Source: Trichodelitschia bisporula (Eukaryota). From it: 64,000 nucleotides of DNA. The translations under genes and the position numbers were made by a program. Below the pieces are notes generated by a model. That model saw only the letters and a list, made by a program, of their open reading frames with translations. It ran no database searches and was not told where the DNA came from. Shown piece by piece: positions 49,854-61,112 of this stretch. The DNA is taken from contig ML996687.1 in NCBI GenBank assembly GCA_010356995.1, positions 1,675,803 to 1,739,802 on the forward strand, given 5' to 3'. Every line of letters starts with the position of its first letter. The stretch's first letter is position 1.

Positions 49854-51695
49854 CTAATGGATGAATGTACAAGATAGACATTCTACTCCAACCACCAACT
49901 CCGCAAACCCCAATCCAACCAGCACACGTAACCCACCATCAGCCTCCATCCACTCCATCCCCCCCCACTCCCCCCCCCTAGGCTCCCCCGCCGCCTCCAT
50001 CGTCCCATTCGGCAACACCCGCACCGCATGCGCCGAACTCAGCCCCGGCGCAACCCACGTAACATTATGCCCCCTCGCCTTCATACTCGCCACCGTCGCA
50101 TTATCATACCCCGGCAAGCCAGGCGCAACCCCCCACTCAAACACCGCATTATCCGGGACGAGCTGGTCGTGCAACCGCGGTTGGGCCAGCGCTTCCGCAA
50201 CATCCATCCCGCCGTCTAGGATATGGATGAGGTTTTGTACTGTGGCCGTGGTGATGCGACTCCCGCCCGCCGCGCCGGTCGCCACATACATGCGCCCGTC
50301 TGGGTACTCGGCGATCACCGGGGAAATGCTGGACTGCGGGCGCTTGCGCGGCCGGATGTAGTTCGCGGGGCTAGGGATGTAGCCGAAGGCATTGCTGGTG
50401 CCGGGGATGCTGAAGTCGTTCATTTCGTTGTTGAGCACGAGCCCCGTCTCCGGGACTATGAGTTGGGAGCCGAAGAGGAGGTTTACGGTTGTGGTGAGGG
50501 TTATGGTGAGGCCCGAACTGTCGGTCGCGACGAGGTGCGACGTGCCTGGCGTCGGGAGCTCGGCGAAGCCCCCCGGGTTGTAGTAGGAGATGTTGTGGGT
50601 TTGCTCGGTAATGCGGGAGCGCACGTCGGCGCCGGTGGCGGGGGATATCATCCCGCTTTCGTAGGAGGCGAGATTCTCTACGAAGGAGGGGTCGCCGAGG
50701 TTGGTGCGCTGTGGGGACGTCAACTTCAGCCTAGCTAGAAAAGTAGAGCAACCTACCATGCCATACGCAAACCGCATAGCCTCATCCAGCCGGTGTGTAG
50801 TAAGATTAACCTCCTCCGGATCCCCAAACCCCTCATACCCACCCACAATATTCATAATCGCCATCGCCACCACACCCCCCGACGGCGCACCCACACTCGT
50901 CAGCTTCTGCCCGCGATACTCCACAGTAGCAGGCTTCCGCTCGATCACAGCATACTCCTTCAAATCCTCCATCGTCATACTCCCATTATGCGCCTGTATC
51001 GTCGCAATCGTCGCCTCCGCAATCGGCCCCTCGTAAAACGCCCTAACCCCCCTCTCCCCCACCGCCTGCAACAAATCCGCATACCGGCGGCGCGTAATCC
51101 AGTCCCCAACCCCCAGCCTTGTGCCATTCGGCGCAAAATCAATCGCCCAGCTCGGATCCTCACTTAGAAAATCCCGTCCACTCCCCACCGCACTCGCCAT
51201 ATACCTCGCCAAATCCGCCCCAACCGCAAACCCATCCCGCGCCAGCGCAACCGCCGGCCTGACAACATCCTTCCACGGCAAGCCCCCGAAGTGATCGTGT
51301 ATCCACGCCAACCCCGCCGGCTCCCCGGGCACCCCTGACGCGAGGCCAGACGTGATACTCCCCTGCACATTGCCCTGGTACATGTCCTCGAAGGCAGCGG
51401 CGGGGGCACACTCGCGGAAATCAAGCGCGGTGTAGGAGCCATTTGGCGCGCGGATGAGGCCGAAGCCTCCCCCGCCCAGGCCGCTGTGGTAGGGCGCGAC
51501 GACGCCGATGCAGAGCACTGAGGCGACGAGGGCGTCTGCTGCGGTGGCCAGGGGGGAGGATTTTAGGATGTTGAGGCCGATGTGGGTGCAGAGTTTGGAT
51601 TCGGTGGCGATGGCGGCGTGGGTTGGGGGAGCGGAGGGGGCGGGGAGGGAGAGGGCGAGTTGGCTGGTTAGGAGGGAGAGGAGGATTGGGGCCAT
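49854..51695 (-). CDS. Gamma-glutamyl transpeptidase
   Basis: SGLGGGGF, DFRECAP, GVPGE, catalytic GTSHL, NNEMNDFS, KRPQSSISP, GAAGGSRI and PRLHDQL. Signal peptide from ATG 51695. Intron 50709-50756. Confidence 0.95.
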   Translation of the reverse strand: MAPILLSLLTSQLALSLPAPSAPPTHAAIATESKLCTHIGLNILKSSPLATAADALVASVLCIGVVAPYHSGLGGGGFGLIRAPNGSYTALDFRECAPAAAFEDMYQGNVQGSITSGLASGVPGEPAGLAWIHDHFGGLPWKDVVRPAVALARDGFAVGADLARYMASAVGSGRDFLSEDPSWAIDFAPNGTRLGVGDWITRRRYADLLQAVGERGVRAFYEGPIAEATIATIQAHNGSMTMEDLKEYAVIERKPATVEYRGQKLTSVGAPSGGVVAMAIMNIVGGYEGFGDPEEVNLTTHRLDEAMRFAYGMVGCSTFLARLKLTSPQRTNLGDPSFVENLASYESGMISPATGADVRSRITEQTHNISYYNPGGFAELPTPGTSHLVATDSSGLTITLTTTVNLLFGSQLIVPETGLVLNNEMNDFSIPGTSNAFGYIPSPANYIRPRKRPQSSISPVIAEYPDGRMYVATGAAGGSRITTATVQNLIHILDGGMDVAEALAQPRLHDQLVPDNAVFEWGVAPGLPGYDNATVASMKARGHNVTWVAPGLSSAHAVRVLPNGTMEAAGEPRGGEWGGMEWMEADGGLRVLVGLGFAELVVGVECLSCTFIH

Positions 51696-52412
51696 TGTGG
51701 CGGGGAGAAATAGGCGAGAGGAGGGCCTGGAGGAGGTAGAGGAGGTGGAGGAGAGGAAAGGTACGAGGCGCATTGTGAGAGTTGGACGGCGGCGATACCG
51801 GTTGATAGAGCCGACTTGGCGGTGAGATAGCTAGAGATAGTGGGGGGAGGGGGGGGGGGGGGGGGGGGCCCTTGTGATACGTCGAGTGAGAGATGCAGAT
51901 GGTCTCCTCTCCTGCTTTCTGTTTGTTCTGCTTCGTGATCGAGTAGGTTGGGAGTGGAGGGGAAGTAATAGCAGACCAGATTAGAGGTGTGCTGGTGTTC
52001 AAAGGTATTTAGCGGTAGCGACAGCCTTGCGTGCTCGCAAGCTTGTTCGGCTCCACGACTAGTTCTAGCTGGTTGAAAAAGCTGGTAGCTCCGAAGCTTG
52101 CTTTCCACTGGCCTTCAGGACGATCGGCGTCCGGCTCGTATCCCACCCATGGATCACTACATAGCATGGCACGCAAGGAACACAGAATCATAAGTTGTGC
52201 ACCGGTTTTCTTTCCTGCCGAACTGTTGAAATCTGGTTGACAGCATCTTGAAGGGGAGGTGACACCCGCCAATGACACAGGACAGAAGCTTCCGACTGGC
52301 CTCGTCAGTTGGTACACCCGGGGGGATGAAGATTCCGTTGAACCTCACTCTGTCCCTCTCTCTCTCTCTCTCTCCATCTTCACTGTCTTCCTTACCAGCC
52401 ACTGCGTGCTTG

Positions 52413-52478
52413 CGTGTTCTGTGTGCGTTCTGTGTGCGTTCTGTGTGCGTTCTATGTCCGTTCTGTGTGCGTTCTGTG
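52413..52478. repeat. 11-bp tandem repeat (GTGCGTTCTGT) ~6 copies
   Basis: Read directly, in the divergent GGT/MFS intergenic region. Confidence 0.85.
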
Positions 52479-53378
52479 CTCCGTCTGCGGGTAATGATGC
52501 CGATTCCGCTTCCCATCCCCCCACATTGCTGGTAGATGGCCCGGGATGATCCCAAGTTTTCTTCCCTCTGCTGACTCTTGCCCTCCCGCCTACTTTTTAG
52601 CGACCCCGCCATGATAAGACGCAAAAAGATTGCGTAGCGGGACGCAATCGCCGCGACCTCAGTCTGCGCCTCCATCATCAGCGGCGTTACTCGCTCTTGG
52701 CCTGCATGCGAGCAGGAGGCTGATTAGCCCAAGCGGCGAGTGGAGTGCGGGGAACTGGAGCAGCGGGGGCAGGCTACGGTAGGCGACAAGCCTTTGCCGC
52801 AGCTTCACCAAACTCTGTTCCAACATCCTCCCAAACGGTGTTTTCTCCGTCATCATCGCTGCTTCTCTTCTCCCAATCCCATTGCAACCCCGCCCCCCCC
52901 TCCCCCCCCTCTCCCCCGATGTCTCCACAGCTCGCCGTTCCCGTCCCACACGCTATCCCGCGCTGACGCTGCCGATCGCCCCCATGCGATGTGACATGAC
53001 CTAGGCACTTATGCGGGGTCGGTGCCGAAAAGCTGTGACCGCGTGCTCGTCTGGCAATGGAGCGGAAGTTTTGTGATCAACGGCGAGGGTTGTCTGGGCG
53101 AAAGGGCGGGTTCTACATAGAGATGGACAGACGGGCGCATCCGTCTCGTAAGATTCAATCTGCAGGATCGTGGCCCTCAGCCCTCAGCCGTTGGCCTTTG
53201 TCTTTTGTCCTTACTTCGTTTCGTTGCTTCCTCTTGTGCAACGCGGGCTTGAGATATAGGTAGACTCCTTCCTTCGTAAATTAAAGACCTGGCTACAGAG
53301 TCCCTTCCTCGTCTACGAGTAATTAACTTCTTGCCTCCCGGGCCTTTTTTGGTGACGACCGACACGTCTTTCGAAAGA

Positions 53379-55057
53379 ATGGACGAAAAGGACGGAAGGC
53401 CTATTCCATTGGAAAAGGGAACGGCAGACATGGGGAATGGCATTCATTCGCAGTCGTCGGACGATGGCAACTACGACCCCGATGCCCATCTCAGTGCCGA
53501 GGAAAAGGCCGCTATCGTGCGTGTTTTCAATACGTGGTGTCGCATACCTGAGTGCTGTCACTAACTTCTCCAGGACAAGAAACTGGTCCGCAAGCTTGAC
53601 CTGAAGCTCATTCCATGGGTTCGTCACCTACGCCGACATCCTCTTCGTGTGTAGTAATGTGCCGAACGGCGTAGCTCTCCTTCCTGTACCTCATCTCCTT
53701 CCTCGACCGTACCAACATCGGCAATGCCAAAATCGACGGCCTAATCAAAGACCTCAAGATGACAAACAACCAATACAACATCTCGCTAACCGTCTTCTTC
53801 ATCTCCTACTCCCTCTTCGAGCCCCTAACCAACGTCCTCCTCAAGCGCATGCGCCCCTCCGTCTTCCTCCCCATAATCATGGTCCTCTGGGGCATCGTCA
53901 TGACCACCATGGGCCTGGTGCACAACTTCGCCGGCCTCACCACCGCGCGTTTCTTCCTCGGCGTCGCCGAAGCCGGCCTCTTCCCCGGCGTCAACTACTA
54001 CTTGTCCTGCTGGTACAAGCGTTCGGAGCTGGGCATCCGCGCCGCCATCTTCTTCTCCGCGGCCGCCTTCGCCGGCTCCTTCGGCGGGCTCCTCGCCGCC
54101 GGCATCGCGCAGATGCGCGGCGTGGGCGGCAAGCCCGGCTGGGCGTGGATTTTCATCCTCGAGGGCCTGGCGACGGTGATTGTCGGCGGCGTGAGCGTGT
54201 GGATGGTGCACGACTTCCCCGACGACGCCAAATTCCTGTCAAGGGACGACCGCGCGCGCGTCATTCGCCGGCTGAAGGCGGATGACCAATCCAGTGCCGA
54301 GCATGAGAAGTTCCGCTGGGAGTACTTTTGGGCGTCGGTTAAGGACTGGAAGACGTGGGCGTTTGCCGTGGTGTATATGGGGTGCGATGGGGCGCTGTAT
54401 GCCTTCTCACTGTTTCTGCCGACCATCATCAGTGAGCTGGGGTTTAAAAGCACGAAGGCGAATTTGCTGTCTGTGCCGCCTTATGCGCTTGCTGCGGTAC
54501 TGACGGTGCTGGTTGGGTGGTATGCGGACCGGACGAAGGCGCGCGGGTTGTGCAACATCGCTGTTTCTTTCCTGGGCATCATTGGCTTTTGCATGCTGCT
54601 GGGAAGTGAGAAGGCAGGCGTCAAGTACGCAGGGACGTTCCTGGGCGCCATGGGAATTTACCCCTGCATTGCGAACACCATCGTTTGGGCGAGCAACAAC
54701 GTCGAGGGCGTGTACAAGCGGGGTGTTACACTGGGCTTCGTCATCGGGTGAGTCTGACTCCAGCACGAGTTTATGCGATAGCAGCTAACTGGCGGCAGAT
54801 GGGGCAATCTGAACGGCGTGGTGAGCAGCAACATTTACCGCGCGAGGGACAGTCCTCGCTTCATTCCTGGGCATTCGGTAGTGCTGGCCTATCTGGTTGT
54901 CTTCCTGCTGGGTGGAAGTATATTGACGACCATTGGTCTACGGCAGGAGAATAAGAAGCGGCTCGGTGGAAAGCGCGACGGTTGGGTTACGGGCAAGTCA
55001 CCATCGCAGGTGGAGATGTTGGGCGACAGACGGCCGGACTTTTTATACACGGTTTGA
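53379..55057 (+). CDS. MFS transporter, allantoate/ACS family (Tna1-like)
   Basis: KLVRKLDLKLIPW, FLDRTNIGNAK, EAGLFPG, WYKRSE, GWAWIFILEG, LGDRRPDFLY. Introns 53517-53573, 53619-53674 and 54748-54798. Confidence 0.92.
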
Positions 55058-55454
55058 GGTGCGTGGGTGGGATTTACAATGTGTATTTCTAGTTGAATAT
55101 GAGCAATGTAATATGCCTAATGATGCATTTGGATGGGAATGATAGCTCTCAACGGTGCAACTGACGTCGCCCCTCTGACAGCACGGACCGTCAATGCCAA
55201 ACAAACACATATCCCATCGATAAACCGGCAGAGCCTCACATTACAAGCGAAACAGCACATCCACCGAACCAGCGGACAGTTGACAGCAGATGGGGGACTT
55301 TGATTTACGAGACTAAAGGTACACACCCTGTCAGGATCGGGTTCGGGGTGGGGGGAATCATGGGGACTTTCTGACAGGGGAAAGGAGCAGACTCGTAGCA
55401 TCTCAGCTGCGCAAATCAGCTGGACGCAGGCAAGCGCGCCGTGTAGTGAGTCGC

Positions 55455-55506
55455 NNNNNNNNNNNNNNNNNNNNNNNNNNNNNNNNNNNNNNNNNNNNNN
55501 NNNNNN
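55455..55506. other. Assembly gap (N run)
   Basis: 52 N bases. Confidence 1.
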
Positions 55507-55640
55507 AAGGGACTAAAGGGGGGAAGGTAATGCACAAACTAATGGGCAGTGAAAGCACCGAGCAAAGCCCATCCGATAGATCGCCGTCGGCCGCCGTGAC
55601 TCCTACCCCAACAAAATTTTGGAAAGAGCGGGAGCAAACC

Positions 55641-57953
55641 TTAAGCGGCATATCTGTAGGGGATTGACTGGCCATTAGAGCCTGTTGGTGTATCATCAAG
55701 TTCACGGAAGTACCGATCGTGAACACTCATTCCTAGTCGCAAGGCTGAGAGGCTGATTTCTGATTCCGCTTGGTTGTCGTCGTAGAGGCCCCTTGAAAGA
55801 GCGACCGATTTGTACTCGGACATCCTACCCTTCAGTCCAGATCGTACAGAGTTCGGCCTTAATATTGGTAAGTAAAGAACGGGTCAGGGGATTCAGAGAA
55901 GTCTAACCCATTGATCTCCTTGTCCACCCTCAGGCACTCTTTCGCAGCGTCCTTGGGGCCGCGCTCCATCAAATACTCCATGTAGAGATGGGCCAGGTCA
56001 CGGATGGCGGCAGCGCCGATGCGAGCGGAGCGGCAAATCTCGTCAAACACGCCCTTGATTCGTTCGTACTGAACGGATTCAGTCGCTGCGCTGGTAGGTT
56101 GGTCGAGTTCGAACTGGAGGTAGCCAACCCAGAACGGACGGGAGTCGAGGTAGTATTGGGTGTTCCTCTGGTAGACATCACGAGCTTCCTCGGCGGAACC
56201 CTTGATCTTCCAGAGCATAGTTGCCCACTGAGAGACGAGCGTACCCTTGGTGAAGTTGTCGCAGCCCGGGGACTTGATGTAGTCGTTGAACACAGCAATC
56301 GCCGCCTCCATCCCATGCTGGCGACGCTCCAAGCCGGCCAGCGCAGTGATAGTCTGGAGGTGACCAGGTAGCCGAAGGAGGATCCCCTGGTAGACGTCCC
56401 GCGCAACGTCGGGACGACCGCACTGCTCTTCGAAGAGCGCATACTGCAGGCGCAGGTTGGGGCGGAAGATGGGGAGAAACACGCAGCTAGCGCGCACGCA
56501 GATGTTGCGCACTTCCTCGGTCTTCCCAGGCTGCGCCTCCATCCACCGAGCGTATCTCATCCAGAACTCCTCGTAAAGTGCGCAGACGACCATACAACGC
56601 TCGTAGAGGAAGGTGATGCGAGCATAGTCGCCTTCGGCTTCTTCAGCGTTAAGATACACGCGCCAGTTTTCGAGTTCGGCTTCAGGAAGCTCCGTGACGT
56701 GGAAATACGGCCGCTTGATTTGATCTTCGTAGCTGGCCCGCTTTAGGGCTTCGGTCTGGGTATGGTTGTAGATTTCAACGTGCATGAGATCAATACGCGC
56801 GCGAGCTTCGCGTTCGATTTCGAACTCGGATTTTGTCGGATTCTCCAGCAGAGAGTCGTTGCGAAGTTGCACAAGAGTCTCGGCAGGAAGGAGATCAGAC
56901 ACGGGACGGTATGAAGCAGCGATGCGGAATCGATCGAAGTATTCTCGGTACTTCTGCATCGGAATCTGTACAATCCGGCTCAGAACAGCGTATATCTTCT
57001 CCGGAGCCTCGAGGCGCTCTTCGTACTCGAGATACTTGTCCCAGAACGGGTGCGAGTGGTAGTCGAGACCAACAGAGTCGGCACCCCGCTCAAAGAGCCT
57101 GTTTCGAAAAGTAAGCCTCAAATGTTTTCAAACGGGGATGGGGAAGGGGACTGGATTGCGGGAAGGGGCAAACGGTGTTAAAGCAGTCTTTAGCACACGG
57201 GTGTAAATTCGCCAAAAAACTTCAACGCGCCACGGATGTTCGCGACACCTTGGGCATGGAAAGCGAGGCCCAAGGTGATGATTGTAGGCCAGTGCCGGTG
57301 CTTGGTGTCTGTCCCCCTCCCCCCCCACCCCCTCCCCCCCGGGTTCAAGAAAAAGGGATTACGATCGTGTCCTCAAGTTGGTGCCTTCGCTGTGCGAAAA
57401 ACGAGCCTAGTGCTCAGGGTAAAGGTTAAGGGGGATGAAATGCGTAGCGCATCAACTTACTCTCGATTGACTTCAGGATCGTGACAAGTCTTCACCTTGA
57501 AGTCACAGTAACTGGTCCACAGATCGACCGAGTTCCGTATGCAAGCTACACCGCGCTCATAGACCATTTCTGCCGCTTCTGTCCCGGCGATGAAGAACTC
57601 TAGATCGGCGTACCGCTTCCAGAACACGAAGAACAGAGGGAACTTCGCGAGCATGCGATCGTAGACCTCACGCATGGCAGAGATGGCTTGCGGGCTGGAG
57701 TTGCGCGTGAGGCCGTTTTCAAGGCCTTCGATCGCGTTGATGAGCGCGTTCCATGGCTCGTACTCGTCAGGGTTCGCCGCCTAATGAGAGGAGGGGTCAA
57801 CGGTGCGTCTCGAGGCGTGATGAGCGGGAATGAACTTACCACTTCCGCATTGAGCTTCTTTAACTCCGCATACTCGGCATCGTCGAGTTGTGAAAGGTCG
57901 GGAACCTCGCGCCAGGGAATTTCGACCGGTGGAACGAAGTCGGCGGCAGCCAT
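55641..57953 (-). CDS. PRP39: U1 snRNP HAT-repeat splicing factor Prp39
   Basis: FPLFFVFWKRYAD, AEMVYERGV, LFERGADSVGLDYHSHPFWDKY, IKRPYFHV and LYEEFWMRYARW. Introns 57781-57839, 57099-57460 and 55858-55907. Confidence 0.93.
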
Positions 57954-58322
57954 GGCAGAAGTGGTCGTCAGAAACGAGGGTCCAGCGGATAGAATATGTG
58001 CAGATGCAGAACGACGGCGACGATGACGATGGGGTGACGATGGGGTGCGTGGAGTAGAGGTTGTGGAATGCGCGTACAGCTCTTAGTCGCTGGTTGAAGG
58101 GAGGAAGTTTGTTGGAGGAAGGGGAGTTGTGTTTTCGTGGGGGTATTGTTAGGCGTGTAAGGCGTTGGTTGAAGTTCCGGGACGACGGTGTTTTGAAGGA
58201 AAGTGAAAGCTCCTAGGTCTTTGCGTAGGTGAGCTTGACGCGCAGAGTGCTCTGTGCGTCAAGGGTGGGTAATCCTTGCAAGTCTTGCCGGTCGCCGCGC
58301 CTTCTTTGAGTGGGGGAGGAAC

Positions 58323-58324
<2 letters not shown>

Positions 58325-58368
<44 letters not shown>
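58325..58368. repeat. G44 homopolymer
   Basis: Read directly. Confidence 0.95.
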
Positions 58369-58371
<3 letters not shown>

Positions 58372-58800
58372 GGGGGATGAGGAAGGCCAGGCCAGAGGGC
58401 AAACTGTGAATAGGGTGCCAGAGTACTGCGTAATGTTAATCGAAGGGAGTTACGGGAGGGCAACTTCCGTCAAACCGTGAGCAGGCAAGTTGAAAAGCCA
58501 AGTCCCTTTAGAGCTCTTCAGATATCGAGGCCGCGTATTGCCGTTCACAGATCTACGCATCCTGCTGCCTTGGGGCCTGTCGACATTGTGTCACTTGCTC
58601 ATGGCAAAGTTGCATCGATATTGATGCCAGATTACTAGATACGGAGACGCATTACCAACTTAGTTTTTGTTGCGCTGTCGATCATCGTTGCGGACGAAAG
58701 CTCGAACTTTCCATTCATTTTTGTTTAGACATTGCCGCGAAGCCTGTCCCGAAGTACGATAGTCAGCGCATCGGTTCGTCGACCCTTTCATCCTCGGGTG

Positions 58801-58861
58801 GTTGCTGCTGGTGCTGCTGGTGCTGCTGGTGCTGCTGGTGCTGCTGCTGCTGGTGCTGCTG
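58801..58861. repeat. (GCTGGTGCT)n / (GCT)n microsatellite
   Basis: Read directly. Confidence 0.85.
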
Positions 58862-59201
58862 ACCGCAGCATAAAATACCGGGACTCGGGAGGCTGGGGGC
58901 CCCTTCGCCATCGGAGCATTTATCAGATCAAAGCACAGGGCTCGTTAGCTGCCGGGTAGATCGGAAAACAGGACGTCACTTGGTAGGTGAAATTGTGTGG
59001 ACCGTCTCCCATAGTACAAACGTAAAACTCCGCTTCTATGATCAGATCAATATGCGCACCCCGGAAGCCTGTAAGCGACAACGGGGCTCGGCACCGCTGC
59101 CGAAGCATACCCCAAACGCCGGCTCACCGTTCGACAGAATAAGAAGATTCCCATTAACCCGACTTACCGGCATGCGCTAAGCTAATAACACAAAATCACA
59201 T

Positions 59202-60312
59202 TCATTGCTGTTTCTTCTGCCCGGACGGGCCCATCTCTTTGCTGAACGCAAAGTATGACACCTGCAGACTCGACACGGCCGATATTCCCACGTAGAGAAT
59301 CAAGAGCAGAAGCAGCGTGACCAATAGTCCCATAAATATGGCTATGTAGAGCGTTAGCTTAGCGCCTGTGGCAAGGGACCTCGGTGATGCTCACCTGGGG
59401 ACAGGAACTGGTAAGTGTGAAAGAGGGGCAAGTTGGACCCGAGCTTGCCATCGTCAGCGTGGACCGGAACATTGCGCTTGAGATCGGTGTGCATCACGGC
59501 GGCATAGGGGTCGTCCATCTCGTAGGCCGGCTGAAGGGGGTACTGGGAGCTGGGTGCATCACTCTCAACGACAGGGGTAGTAGTGAAGAGCACGGCGTAC
59601 TTGTCTCCTCCGAGACTGGTCACCACAGCTTTCAGAAAAGAATCTCACATTTGGTTAGCTAGGCCAGGGGGAGATGCTTAGACTTGAACGTACCGTGATC
59701 GGCCAGTTTCGCCGCCCGCTCGTGGCTCTGCTGGGGAAGCAATGGAAGGTCTACTATGACGAGGCGCGGGAACGTGTTTTGGTTCGGAATGGTTCCGGCT
59801 ATATATCGCGCAATTAGACATCTTCAATCCAGCGGCAATGGCGGAGTCTCTTACTGGAGGCATCGGCCTTCAGGACTTCAGCCTTGCATTTCTCCTGCAG
59901 CTGGCGCGATATGGCCTGAACGTCCACAAGCCCAGCCACCTCCGGGACAACTACTCTAGGTGATGTCTCCGAATCCGAGTGGTTGAAGACCTGACCAAGG
60001 TATGAAAGAACGCGCCGGTTCTCAAAGTCCGCAGCGGAGACGCCAGGTTGCGACACGAGAATGTATGTATCTGATGGGCAGGTTGAAAGCGACTGAGATA
60101 CAAGGCTGTTGACGGAGGCAGATGTTGCGAGCTGAGCGTGACCCCACTCATGCTTCCCAAGCCTGAGAGATAATAAGCGTCTGCGGTGCACTCCGTACAT
60201 CTCGAAGGGTGACCTACTGTGAACTGGAGAACATGAGGAAAGGCGACGTCCCGGAGAATGCTGCAGTACCAGACGCGGCGAGAGCCAGCGCGCATAACAT
60301 TTTGCGTGCCAT
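59202..60312 (-). CDS. BIG1: ER membrane protein Big1 / V-ATPase S1 (Voa1)-like
   Basis: Signal peptide then FSGTSPFLMFS, CPSDTYILVSQPGV, PLFHTYQFLSP, a C-terminal TM and LQVSYFAFSKEMGPSGQKKQQ. About four introns. Confidence 0.8.
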
Positions 60313-61112
60313 GGTGGAGGAGAAACTGTGAAACTAGATGTGCGAGGTTCTGTTCTGGCGGTAGCTTTTGATGATGGAACCGTGAGAGCTTCCCGCAATC
60401 TGCGCCCCAGTCGCTGCTTGAGGGGAGCATTGACCGGCCCGAATTTTATCCGGCACTGCACCGCCACCACATCTGTCGCTTTCTGACCCCTCATTCACAC
60501 GCCAGACAGGGATGCATCCTATCCTTGTCATCATCAACGCCACATTCATCCATCTAACGGCAGATTTTAAGTCGAAAGTTCGGTTGGATGCACGAAAGAC
60601 TTGTGTGAATTGAGTCATCAAGGCAGACTCCGTTCGATTGACTCATTCTGTGACGGTTTTCTAACTATGCACTGCAGGTGAGCAGGGACCAGCTCTTTCC
60701 CTTTCCGTTCACCATTTCTCCGTCACTGTCACCGAGACCGTGCACGCGTTTCTGGGGTCCTACTGTACTGTACAGCAGCAGTGAGACTCATTTATAACCC
60801 TTCACCTCCGCCACCCCACTTCTCGACCACCACCAAACCTTCTGCTACGCACCTCTCTCGCTAACGCTTCCATTCCCGGTGTTATTATTGACGGGGAGCT
60901 TCAAGCGTTGAGTTTACTGCATTTGACCATCTGTTTTTACGATAGAGTCTACCGGGATACTTTTTCGAAGCCCGACCGTTTCATTGTTTCCCGCAATCAA
61001 AAATCCACCCACCTCAATTGCACCAACTTCGCCACAACTGCGACGAAGCTCAGGAATACTCCTCACTATACCTCTACCACTCGTCCCCGAGCAGCGTTCA
61101 CGCTTCCCGGAC

